64,000 nucleotides of DNA from Longimicrobiales bacterium (lineage in GTDB: Bacteria; Gemmatimonadota; Gemmatimonadetes; Longimicrobiales; Gaopeijiaceae). The position numbers were made by a program, and so were the translations under genes. The stretch's first letter is position 1; every line of letters begins with the position of its first letter. Below, one piece after another: positions 36,812 to 46,140 of this stretch. The notes under the pieces were generated by a model, which was not told the origin of the DNA, made no database searches, and was given only the letters and a program-made list of their open reading frames with translations. The DNA lies in NCBI GenBank assembly GCA_965203485.1, contig OZ241892.1, positions 1,664,001 through 1,728,000 on the forward strand. The letters are read 5' to 3'.

Positions 36812-39800
36812 CTACGTCTCGTCGGGCGCCGCCCGGAGGACGAGGGTGACCCTGGTGCCCCGCTCCGGCTCGCTCGTCATGCGCACGCCGCCGCCCCAGG
36901 AGTCCACCAGCCGCTTCACGATCGCGAGTCCCAGGCCAGTCCCCTCGGAGCGAGTGGAGAACTGCGGTTCGAAGACCCGCGGCAAGAGCTCGGGCGCGAT
37001 GCCGCAGCCCTCGTCCTCCACGATCACGTCCAGCGTGGGCCCGGGCGCGTCGCCGGCGCCGGCACGAACGCGGACGACTCCGCCGCCCGGCATCGCGGCG
37101 CGCGCGTTCTCCAAGAGATTGATCAGGACTTCCTTGAGCTCGTCCGGGCGCGTCCAAGCTCTAGGGAGGTCCGGAGCCAACTCGCCCACGACCCGTATAG
37201 GACCGTCGCCACCCCTGTAGAGGTTCACCGTTTCGCGCACCACGGCGCCTGCGTCGACGGGCGCCAGCGGAGCAGCTTCTTCGGGCGACCCCGGCGTCCC
37301 GAGCCGGGCGAAGCTCCTCGCAACGGCAGCCAGCCGGTCGATCTCCTTGAGCACGGCGCCGGCGTTCTCCTCCAGGATGCGGCCGAAGTCCCGGCGCTTG
37401 TCGCTCCACGCCCGCAACAAGTGCTGCACCGAAAGCTTCATGGGCGTCAGCGGGTTCTTGACCTCGTGGGCCACCTGCTGGGCCATCTCCCCCCAAGCGA
37501 GGATCCGCTCTCCGCGCAACTCGTCGGTCACGTCCTCCAAATTGATCACCACGCCGCCGGGACTGCCCTCGTGCGCGATGCGCCTCGCATGCCCGCGGAT
37601 CCGGCGGTCGCCCCACTTGAAGTCCTTGGACGACTCCGATTCCGCTCCCGCGCGGTAGGCTTCGAGCCACCCCTCCAGCTCGGCGGCGGGCGCCGAGTCC
37701 GCCCGGAGTTCCCGGCCGACCGACAACCTCGCGGACAACAACGCTTCGGCCATCGGGTTGGCGACCGTCACCTGGCCGTCGGCGTCGATGGCGATGACTC
37801 CCGTCGCCGCCGCGTCCACGATGGCTTCGGTGCGCCGGGTCGTGCGCAGAAGTTCGCGCCGCGCCTCGCCCAGGCGCAGGACCATGTGGTTGAACGCGGC
37901 GAAGGCCGAGCCGAACTCGTCCACTCTGTCCTCGGGCAGATGAACGGCCAAGTTGCCCCCGCCGACGCGTTCCGACGCCACCTGCAGGGTTCGCATCGGA
38001 CGCGTCAACGCCCTGCCCACGAAGAGCGCGAGCGCGAGCGACAGGATCGGGCCCAGAACGAAGGCGAACAGCAGCAGATGCACGACGTCGCGCATCCGCA
38101 GGGCGGCCGCGCCCGCCCGCAACGGCAATGGAGCGGCGAGGACCCGGCCGTCGGAGAACCGCTCGTAGGCGACGACGTACCGCCAGCTGCCCAGCTCGGC
38201 GACGCGGGACGCCCGCATCTGCTGCCCCGTCTCGAGCGCTTCGTGGATCGTTGGGTCCACCCATCCCTCGTAGAGGCCCAAGTCGACGAGATCGGAGACG
38301 GATCCGCCGGCCAAGCGTCCATCGCGGTACTCCAGCAGGTCGGCTCCCGCGCGCCAGCCCGGCGAATCGAACGCCACTCCGAGGTCGCGGTGCCGGCGGG
38401 CAGCTTCGCTCACGGCGCGTTCGGCCAGCGCAGTCGCCGTCCGCACCGACGCATCGGCGAGGGTGCGATAGTCCAGCATGCCGAAGATCGCGCTCGACAA
38501 GACGAAAAAGGCGAAGAGCGTCCAAGTCACCCGCGCCCGGAAGGACTTGAAGAGACCGCGCCAGTCGACGGGCATGGAGAAGCGGATCCCCAACAGCCCC
38601 GCAGCCAGGAGCCAGAGCGCCGCCAGGACGACGACGCTCAGTGCCAGCAGCAGGCCTGCGCGCGCGAGCATCACCCACACGTTCGGTATGCTCAGCGTGT
38701 ACGACACCGAGTAGACTCCGTCCGGAAACAGCGCCTGCCCCTCCGCCAGCCACCCCTCGTCGTTGCGGCTCCACGACGGGCGGTTGGCCAGTCCGGATGT
38801 CGCGCTTTCGGGAGCGCGAGCGAGCATCAGGAAGTCCTGGCCGCCGCCGGTCAAGGCCGACGACAGCAACGGGGCGGCTCCAGACGACGGGCGAACGGTT
38901 CGACGGGGCGGAACCGCCGCCGTCGCGAGCCGCCCGCCGGAGAGCGACACGACCGCAAGGCGGTGCACGCCGGGCTGGTTGAAGTTCTGGTACTCGCGCG
39001 TGCCGCCGGCCCTCAACGCCGGCAGCATCCGATCGAGCACGGCGGGCCGCGTGCGGTCGGGGCCGAGCCGGAGGTCGCGCAAGGGGACGCCGGCAGCCGA
39101 CCAGAGCGTCAGAAAGACCGGCGCTCCCGCCGTTGCCGAGCCGCCCGACATCCACGCGCGGTAGAGGAGCTCCATGTCGCCAACGCCCGCCCGGTCGAGT
39201 TCCAGCGCGCGCTCCGCAAACTCTCCCGGCAACATGTCCTCGGCCAACTCGCGCATGATCCCCAGCAACCCGATCTCCTGCTCCGCCACCGCCTTGCGGG
39301 CCGCGGTGCGCTGGTTCCACGCGAAGGGGAGGGCGGCGGTTCCGGCCAGCCACGCCGCGCACAGCCAGCCGACGAACGAGAGGCGGTCGCGGCCCGCCCG
39401 CAAGCCACGGGCCGCCAGCGCGGCGGGCACGGCCCAGAGCGCCGTCGCGGCCCACGGCGTGGCCGCTCCCTCTCTCGCCTCCATCGCGACGGCGAAGGCC
39501 AGAAGCGCCGCCAGCCCGCCGCCGGCCGCGATCATGCCCAACGACAACCCGTCCGCCGGCCGGGAAGCCGCGCGGCCGGAGGCCGCCGCGGATCCTTTCG
39601 AGCGCTCCCGCAACGCGAGGGCTCCGCCCGCGATCAGCGCCAGGGCCAGCGTCAGACAGAGCTGGTACGCGATCCAGGGTCCGCCTGCGCGTCCGAGGAG
39701 TTCGGTCGAAGCGCCCGACGCAAGCCACCACAGCGCGAGGGGGAAGCCCGCCGCCACCGTCGCCACCGAGAGCCACCGCGCCGCCCGCCAGTCCAAGGAC

Positions 39801-41032
39801 GGGCACGCCAGCACGACGAGCGGCGAGGCCGCCACGGCCAGCAGCAGGAGACGGCCGAGCGTGGCCGGAGCCGGGCCCGGAAGCGAATACGACGCCAGAT
39901 CGGCCAGCTCGCGCACCCCCACCAACGTCATGTCCAGCGGCACGAGGGCGGCGCCCGCCACCAGCAGGCCGACCGTGAGCGCCAGCTGCCTGCGCGGGGC
40001 GCCCACCGACTGGAGGAGCCACACCAGGCCGGCCAGGGCGAGCGCGGCCGCCAACGCGGGGCGTCTCGTCTCGGCGCGCCTGGCCGCCGCGTTGGGCTCC
40101 ACCACCGTGGCGCGCAGGCTGCCGCCCGGCCATTCCACGACGAACTCGCCCGGCTCGGGCGGGCCACCACCGTCGATGACGCGGATGTCTTCGCCCGCCC
40201 GCGCCTCCGCTCGCGAGAAGAAGTCTGCGCCGCCGGGCAGAAGGGACGGCGGGAGATGCGAGCGCACGAGCGAAGCCGCCAACGCCGTGCCCCCGCCGGG
40301 CACGCTGCTTGCGAGGTAGAGATAGGAGAAGAGCGGCGATCCGCCGAAGGTCGCCGAAGCCCGCTCGCTCGATCCCACCGAGAGCGCGCCGGCGGCCGCG
40401 GCGGACATGTCGGGATCGGAGGCGGGCAACCGGCCGCGATGGCTTCCCCGCCAAGCGCGCAGACGTCCGTCCTCGCCGAACACGGCTACCGCCGTTGCTC
40501 CGGAAGCCACCCAGACCGCCTCGGCCGAGTCGCGCACTGCCGCCGGGCCGGGCGCGGCGGCGGCCGCGGCGGCAAGCCGCTCGGCCGCGCGCTGGCCGGC
40601 AGCAACGAGGCGCGCGAAGTCGCCTTGCACCATCTCGGCAACGGCCTCTCGCCGCTGCTCCCAATGACTGCTCCAGCCTTCGTCGTAGCGATGGTCGCCA
40701 ACATCGACCGCGACGCCCGCCAGCACGCCGGCGCCCAGCGCCGCAACGGACACCGCGTGGCGGCGGCTCGCCCGCCCCCGGGCCGCCGCTCCCACGACGG
40801 CCGCTGCTCCAGCGAACAGAAGCCACGACGACTCGAAGCGCGCCCAAAGAACCAAGCACAGGCATCCGGCCCACAGCAGGACGCCGGGCCACCGGGCGAT
40901 TTGCCGCAAACGCCTTGAACTGATCCGCGGCCCTGCCGCCGTCCGCCCGTCCCGCCGCGTGCCCGCCGCCGAAGACGCGCCTCTCGCAGGCGGTTCGCCG
41001 CCGGGAGCCGGGGAAGCTCGAGCGCTGTCCAT
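36812..41032 (-). CDS. Very large multi-TM sensor histidine kinase with HAMP and PAS-like domains (NtrY-like core, 1406 aa)
   Basis: Many TM segments; HAMP DEFGSAFAAFNHM; H-box WGEMAQQVAHEVKNPLTP; NLLENA; DEGCG; GTGLGL. Confidence 0.9.
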   Translation of the reverse strand: MDSARASPAPGGEPPARGASSAAGTRRDGRTAAGPRISSRRLRQIARWPGVLLWAGCLCLVLWARFESSWLLFAGAAAVVGAAARGRASRRHAVSVAALGAGVLAGVAVDVGDHRYDEGWSSHWEQRREAVAEMVQGDFARLVAAGQRAAERLAAAAAAAPGPAAVRDSAEAVWVASGATAVAVFGEDGRLRAWRGSHRGRLPASDPDMSAAAAGALSVGSSERASATFGGSPLFSYLYLASSVPGGGTALAASLVRSHLPPSLLPGGADFFSRAEARAGEDIRVIDGGGPPEPGEFVVEWPGGSLRATVVEPNAAARRAETRRPALAAALALAGLVWLLQSVGAPRRQLALTVGLLVAGAALVPLDMTLVGVRELADLASYSLPGPAPATLGRLLLLAVAASPLVVLACPSLDWRAARWLSVATVAAGFPLALWWLASGASTELLGRAGGPWIAYQLCLTLALALIAGGALALRERSKGSAAASGRAASRPADGLSLGMIAAGGGLAALLAFAVAMEAREGAATPWAATALWAVPAALAARGLRAGRDRLSFVGWLCAAWLAGTAALPFAWNQRTAARKAVAEQEIGLLGIMRELAEDMLPGEFAERALELDRAGVGDMELLYRAWMSGGSATAGAPVFLTLWSAAGVPLRDLRLGPDRTRPAVLDRMLPALRAGGTREYQNFNQPGVHRLAVVSLSGGRLATAAVPPRRTVRPSSGAAPLLSSALTGGGQDFLMLARAPESATSGLANRPSWSRNDEGWLAEGQALFPDGVYSVSYTLSIPNVWVMLARAGLLLALSVVVLAALWLLAAGLLGIRFSMPVDWRGLFKSFRARVTWTLFAFFVLSSAIFGMLDYRTLADASVRTATALAERAVSEAARRHRDLGVAFDSPGWRAGADLLEYRDGRLAGGSVSDLVDLGLYEGWVDPTIHEALETGQQMRASRVAELGSWRYVVAYERFSDGRVLAAPLPLRAGAAALRMRDVVHLLLFAFVLGPILSLALALFVGRALTRPMRTLQVASERVGGGNLAVHLPEDRVDEFGSAFAAFNHMVLRLGEARRELLRTTRRTEAIVDAAATGVIAIDADGQVTVANPMAEALLSARLSVGRELRADSAPAAELEGWLEAYRAGAESESSKDFKWGDRRIRGHARRIAHEGSPGGVVINLEDVTDELRGERILAWGEMAQQVAHEVKNPLTPMKLSVQHLLRAWSDKRRDFGRILEENAGAVLKEIDRLAAVARSFARLGTPGSPEEAAPLAPVDAGAVVRETVNLYRGGDGPIRVVGELAPDLPRAWTRPDELKEVLINLLENARAAMPGGGVVRVRAGAGDAPGPTLDVIVEDEGCGIAPELLPRVFEPQFSTRSEGTGLGLAIVKRLVDSWGGGVRMTSEPERGTRVTLVLRAAPDET

Positions 41033-41053
41033 GCTGGTTATGTTACTAGGACG

Positions 41054-41824
41054 ATGAAGAACCGCTTCGCCCACGCGCGCCGGGGGAGCGCGCGTTCGTT
41101 GTTTCCAGGGCCCGGCACGACTCTGCTCGCGGCGGCGCTTTTCGGGGCTCTTCCGCCCGGGCCGCTCCCGGCCGGCGCTCGGGCCCTCGGCGGCGCCATG
41201 CCCGCCCAGGCCGCGCAACTCACCGACCGAGGCACGTTTCGCATCACGGTCGGCGGCGTGCACGCGGGCGACGAGGAATTCCTCATAGAGCGCTCCGGGT
41301 CCGGCGCGAGGGCGAGAGGAACCGTGACGATGCGAGACGGACGCACGGTCACCACGTTCCTCGAGCTGACCGGCCCCGGGCTTCGCCTCGCTGCCTACCA
41401 AGCGTCGGCGACAGGCCCCGACACCGCGTCGGTCTTCTTGGCGGCACGGGCCGACGGGGCTCTCGACGCGCGCATGACGGGCCCGTGGGGCGAGGAGGTG
41501 CGCGAGTACAGAGCGCGTCCGTCCACGGTGGTGCTGGACGACGGCGTGGCTCATCACTACTTCGTGCTGGCGACGGCGCTGGGAGGAGAGAGCGTCGGCG
41601 CGCTGCATGCCGTGGCGCCGCTCGCCCGCGGCGAGGAAGACGACATGGCGATCGAAGTCGGCGCGCAGACGATTCAGGTCGACGGCGAGGACATCGCGGC
41701 GACGCGGGTCCGGGTGGGCGCGGGAAACGCCGCCCGTTCGGCTTGGTTCGACGGCGGCGGCCGCCTGGTGCGGGTGGCCGTGCCCGCCCGCGGCTTTGTG
41801 GCCCAGCGGACGGGCGGCGGATGA
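41054..41824 (+). CDS. Hypothetical exported beta-rich protein
   Basis: Signal-like N-terminus followed by alternating beta-strand pattern; fills the gap before tolC. Confidence 0.7.
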   Translation: MKNRFAHARRGSARSLFPGPGTTLLAAALFGALPPGPLPAGARALGGAMPAQAAQLTDRGTFRITVGGVHAGDEEFLIERSGSGARARGTVTMRDGRTVTTFLELTGPGLRLAAYQASATGPDTASVFLAARADGALDARMTGPWGEEVREYRARPSTVVLDDGVAHHYFVLATALGGESVGALHAVAPLARGEEDDMAIEVGAQTIQVDGEDIAATRVRVGAGNAARSAWFDGGGRLVRVAVPARGFVAQRTGGG

Positions 41825-42042
41825 ATGGCGCGTGGACGGCGAAGGTACCTCGAAACGAAAACACAGCTCGGCGCGTAAGAGACGGGGGCGCTTGGCAGGA
41901 CAAAGTGCGCCGAGGCGGCCCGCGACGCCGGGCGTCCGCCTTCCATGGCGGCGATGTTCGCCGAGATTGCGAGCGGCCTTGGGCCCGCTTCGCCGTTTCG
42001 GACTCGTGCCCAACGCGACTGGAAAAGGAGCAATTCGACTAG

Positions 42043-43593
42043 ATGCCGACCAACCAAACAAGATGTTCGCCTTACGCCCCCCTCCGCAGGCGGACGTTCG
42101 CCGCGGCAACCGCAGTCCTCGCGAGCGCGTCCGTCCCTGCTCCGGTTCCGCTCGGGGCGCAGGAGCGCGTGCCCGAGTCGCTTGCTCTGGACGAAGCCGT
42201 CGAGATCGCCCTTCGCAACAGCCCCGACGTCTTGGCCCGGCGCAACGACGTGCGCGTCGCCGACTGGGACGTGCGCGCGGCCTACGGCGACTGGGTCCCT
42301 TCCGCGTCCGCGAGTTCGTCCTTCTCATGGCGGGGTTCCGGCGAGGAGAGGTTCGGCACGATCACCGCCAACCAGCTGGGCGTCACCGGACAGCCTTCGT
42401 ACCTCACCAGCTCCTACAGCCTGGGACTGAGCTTTTCGGTCAGCGGCAGGAAGCTGTTCGCCACGGGGCAGGCCAAGCGCAATCGAGAAGCCGTGCAGGC
42501 CCGCGTCGCCGCCGCCGAGAACGCGTTGCGGCGCGACGTCGCCAAGGCGTACCTGTCCGTGCTGCGCGAAATTGAAGGACGCGCCGTGTCCGAGCAGGAG
42601 CTGGAGGGCGCCGAACTCAACCTGCGCCTGGCCGAAGGCCGCTTGGAAGTCGGGTCGGGCGACGCCATCGAAGTGGCCCAGGCGGAGGTGAACGTGGGCC
42701 GGGCCAGGATCACGCTGCTCCGCGCGCAGGCTCAGGTGCGCAACACCCGCCTCCGCCTCCTGCAGCTGATGGGCGTGCCGCTGGACGCGGAGCCGGCGCT
42801 CGTCACCGCCTTCACGGTCGAGGAGCCGAGCTGGACGGCGACAGGGCTGATCTCGCTGGCGATGAGCGGCAGTCCCGACGTCAAGGCGGCCAGGGCCAGC
42901 GAGGAATCGGCGCGGTACGACGTACGCAATGCCCGCTCTTCCTACTTCCCGACGCTCTCTATCTCAACGGGCTTTTCCGGGTTCGCCCAGCAGGCGAGCA
43001 GCACCGCATCCCAGGAGGCGCGGGCGATCGCGGCGGGCGAGGCGGCCGTGCGGAACTGCGCCGCGCAGAACGACCTGTTCTCCCGCCTGACGCCCCCGTT
43101 GCCGCCCCGGGACTGCAGCGGGCTGGCGACTCCCGAGTCCGTTCTCCAGGCCATCCGCGCCGGCAACGACGCGTTTCCCTTCGACTTCACCCGCTCGCCG
43201 CCGTCGGTCGGCCTCTCGATCTCGGTGCCGGTGTTCCAGGGTCTGTCGCGGCAACGCGGAGTCGAAGCGGCCAGGGCGGCCTTGAGCGATTCGCGCTACC
43301 AGCTGCGTCAGCAGGAGCTGGCCCTCCAAGCCGACGTCGAAGTGCAGCTGGAGCTCGTTCGCACCTCCTTCGCCACCGCAGTGCTCGAAGAGCGGAACCA
43401 GACGTTGGCCGACGACCAGCTCCGGCGCGCGCGGGAACGTTACCGGCTCGGGCTCTCCGACTTCCTCGAGCTGTCGGAGGCCGTGACGGTCAAGGCCCGC
43501 GCCGACCGAGAGCGCATCTTCTCCGTCTTCGTCTACCATGAAGCCATCGCCGACTTGGAGGCCACGGTCGGCGCTCCCTTGAGGAACCCGTGA
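42043..43593 (+). CDS. TolC-family outer membrane efflux protein
   Basis: Signal peptide, LALDEAVEIALRNSP, two OEP repeats and ARERYRLG; AAGGAG SD. Confidence 0.9.
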   Translation: MPTNQTRCSPYAPLRRRTFAAATAVLASASVPAPVPLGAQERVPESLALDEAVEIALRNSPDVLARRNDVRVADWDVRAAYGDWVPSASASSSFSWRGSGEERFGTITANQLGVTGQPSYLTSSYSLGLSFSVSGRKLFATGQAKRNREAVQARVAAAENALRRDVAKAYLSVLREIEGRAVSEQELEGAELNLRLAEGRLEVGSGDAIEVAQAEVNVGRARITLLRAQAQVRNTRLRLLQLMGVPLDAEPALVTAFTVEEPSWTATGLISLAMSGSPDVKAARASEESARYDVRNARSSYFPTLSISTGFSGFAQQASSTASQEARAIAAGEAAVRNCAAQNDLFSRLTPPLPPRDCSGLATPESVLQAIRAGNDAFPFDFTRSPPSVGLSISVPVFQGLSRQRGVEAARAALSDSRYQLRQQELALQADVEVQLELVRTSFATAVLEERNQTLADDQLRRARERYRLGLSDFLELSEAVTVKARADRERIFSVFVYHEAIADLEATVGAPLRNP

Positions 43594-43600
43594 CCCCATC

Positions 43601-44884
43601 ATGAAGACCAGAACCAAAGTCCTCCTAGGAGTCGGCGGCGTCGGCGTGCTCGCGGTGCTGACCGCCCTCAACCTCGCAGGCCGCCAAGCCGGCGGCGTCG
43701 CCGTGCGCGTCGAGGAAGTGGGCGAGCGCGACCTCGTCGAAAAGATCACCGCCAGCGGCAACGTTCGCGCCCGGCGCAAGGTGGACATCAGCTCCGACAT
43801 CTCGGCCCGGGTCACCGAGCTGCTCGTGGAGGAGGGCGACGAGGTGGCGGAAGGCCAGGTACTGCTCCGCCTCGACCAGAGCCGCTTCCAGGCGAGCCTT
43901 GACCGCAACCGCGCGCAACTCAACCAAGCCCGCACGCAGGTCGCCCAGGCAAGGGCGAACTTCGCCAAGGCCGAGCGCGACACCGAACGCTTGGCCTCGC
44001 TGCACGCGCGCGACTCGTTGCTCGTCAGCCGCCAGGCTCTCGACGATGCGCGAACGGACCTAGAGATCAGGCGCGCGAGCCTGCAGTCGGCGGAATTCGG
44101 CGTCGGCCAGGCTCAAGCCGCCGTCGCCGAAACGCAGGAGGACCTCTCCAAGACCGTCATCCGAGCGCCCATGTCCGGCAAGATCACCAGGCTCAACGTC
44201 GAGCAGGGCGAGACCGTGATCGTGGGCACGATGAACAATCCGGGCAGCTTGGTGCTCACCGTGTCCGACCTGTCCGTGATGGAAGTCGTGCTGGAAGTCG
44301 ACGAGACCGACGTGCCGGCGATCGAGCTGGGCGACAGCGCCGCGGTGGAACTCGATGCCTTCTCGGGCCGCGCCTTTCCCGGCATCGTCACGGAGATCGG
44401 CAACAGCGCGATCCGGGCGCCGTCCGCCAGCGCAGGGCAGACGCCGACGATTGACTTCGAGGTCGTCGTCACGCTGGGCGAGACCGACGTGGAGTTGCGC
44501 CCGGACCTCTCGGCCACCGCCGACGTGGTGACGGAAGTCCGGGACGGCCAGCTCAGCATTCCCATCATCGCGCTCACGGTGCGCGAGCCCGACGACGTGG
44601 ACGGGCCGGACGCCGCCGCGCCCCAAGACGCCGAGGAGCCATCTCCCGCGGCCGAGGACGCGGAGCCGATCGAAGGCGTGTTCGTCGTGCAAGACGGCAC
44701 GGTTGCCTTCACTCCCGTGGAGATCGGCATCACCGGCGACGAGTACTTCGAAGTCCTTTCGGGCCTCGTTGCAGGCGACACCGTGGTGAGCGGACCGTAC
44801 CAAGTGGTGCGCACGCTGTCCACCGGCGACCGGGTGCGTACCGAGAACAGATTCGGATCGTCCCGGCAGGACACCGAGAGCTGA
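43601..44884 (+). CDS. MacA-like periplasmic adaptor (membrane fusion protein)
   Basis: N-terminal TM, lipoyl motif VEEGDEV, coiled hairpin, IRAPMSG and VDETD. Confidence 0.92.
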   Translation: MKTRTKVLLGVGGVGVLAVLTALNLAGRQAGGVAVRVEEVGERDLVEKITASGNVRARRKVDISSDISARVTELLVEEGDEVAEGQVLLRLDQSRFQASLDRNRAQLNQARTQVAQARANFAKAERDTERLASLHARDSLLVSRQALDDARTDLEIRRASLQSAEFGVGQAQAAVAETQEDLSKTVIRAPMSGKITRLNVEQGETVIVGTMNNPGSLVLTVSDLSVMEVVLEVDETDVPAIELGDSAAVELDAFSGRAFPGIVTEIGNSAIRAPSASAGQTPTIDFEVVVTLGETDVELRPDLSATADVVTEVRDGQLSIPIIALTVREPDDVDGPDAAAPQDAEEPSPAAEDAEPIEGVFVVQDGTVAFTPVEIGITGDEYFEVLSGLVAGDTVVSGPYQVVRTLSTGDRVRTENRFGSSRQDTES

Positions 44885-44896
44885 CGCGGACTCGCC

Positions 44897-46138
44897 GTGA
44901 AGATCCTCGAAGGCGCGCATCTGGCCGTCGGCCAGATCAGGGCTCAGAAGCTCAAGAGCTTCTTCAGTCTCCTGGGCGTGATCGTCGGGGTGATGTTCCT
45001 GGTCGTCGTGGTCGGGATCGTCGAGGGCGTGGACCGCTACATGCGCGACACGCTCACGGAGCGGATCTTCGGCGTGAACACCGTGACGGTGCGAAGGTGG
45101 CCCCGCAACGTCGTGAACGCGAGCGACGAGCAGTGGAGAGCATGGTTTCGGGCGCCTAGGCTCACGTACGACGACCTGGAGCACCTGCGGGAGCGGGTCA
45201 CCTTGCCGGCCACGATCGGTGCGCTGTCGTCCGCGACGGGAGACGTGGAGTCGCCGCGCGGCCTCACGGTCGAGAACGTGCGCATCATGGGCGCGACGGC
45301 GGAAATGTTCGCGGTCCGCAACTGGCGGCCCAGCGCCGGCAGGGTCTTCAGCCCGCAGGAGGAGCGCCAGGGCGTGCCCGTGGTGGTCCTGGGCGCGGGC
45401 ACGGCGGAGACCCTCTTCGGGGGCCTCGATCCCCTCGGCAAGGTCGTGCGCATTCGAGGCTTTCCGTACCGGGTCGTCGGCGTGCTGGAAGAGCAGGGTT
45501 CGTTGCTGGGCCGGTCGCTGGACAACCTTGCCATCGCCCCGGCGCGCTCGCCCGTCCGCAACTTCACGACCGGACACGGCAAGGTCGAAGAGATCGTGCT
45601 CATGACCGACGCGCCGGAGCAAGTGAACGCGTTGCAGCAGGAGACCGAAGAGATCATGCGGGTGCGACGGCAACTGCGCCCCGACGAACTCAACAACTTC
45701 GGGGCCCAGACCTCGGAGGCGTCGCTGGCGTTCTGGGACAGAGTCAGCAACCTGCTGTTCGTGGCGCTGCCCGGGCTGGTGGCGATTTCGCTCGTCGTGG
45801 GCGGCATCGTGATCATGAACATCATGTTGGTCACGGTGATGGAGCGAACCCGCGAGATCGGCGTTCGCAAGGCGCTGGGGGCCCGTCGCCGCGACATTCT
45901 GGCGCAGGTCCTCGTGGAGACGATTACGCTTTCCGGCATCGGCGCGCTGATCGGCGTGGGCATAGGCGCCGGGCTGACGTTGCTCGTAGCGGCTCTCTCT
46001 CCGCTTCCCGCGGTCGTCGCGGCCAAGTGGATGGTGTTCGGGGTCGCTCTGGGCGTCGCCGTGGGCGTGGCGTCGGGCGTCTACCCGGCGGCCCGGGCCG
46101 CCAAGCTGGACCCGGTGGACGCGCTGAGGTACGAATAG
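44897..46138 (+). CDS. MacB/FtsX-family ABC permease
   Basis: VGGIVIMNIMLVTVMERTREIGVRKALGA and LDPVDALRYE motifs. Confidence 0.94.
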   Translation: MKILEGAHLAVGQIRAQKLKSFFSLLGVIVGVMFLVVVVGIVEGVDRYMRDTLTERIFGVNTVTVRRWPRNVVNASDEQWRAWFRAPRLTYDDLEHLRERVTLPATIGALSSATGDVESPRGLTVENVRIMGATAEMFAVRNWRPSAGRVFSPQEERQGVPVVVLGAGTAETLFGGLDPLGKVVRIRGFPYRVVGVLEEQGSLLGRSLDNLAIAPARSPVRNFTTGHGKVEEIVLMTDAPEQVNALQQETEEIMRVRRQLRPDELNNFGAQTSEASLAFWDRVSNLLFVALPGLVAISLVVGGIVIMNIMLVTVMERTREIGVRKALGARRRDILAQVLVETITLSGIGALIGVGIGAGLTLLVAALSPLPAVVAAKWMVFGVALGVAVGVASGVYPAARAAKLDPVDALRYE

Positions 46139-46140
46139 CC

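Noticed and set aside
41891..41909. Sigma54 promoter TTGGCAGGACAAAGTGC before tolC
   Set aside because: GG-to-GC spacing is 11 nt rather than the strict 10.
41033..42328. N-terminal extension making the kinase 1838 aa
   Set aside because: Overlaps the plus-strand exported protein and tolC; ATG 41032 has a fitting -10 element.
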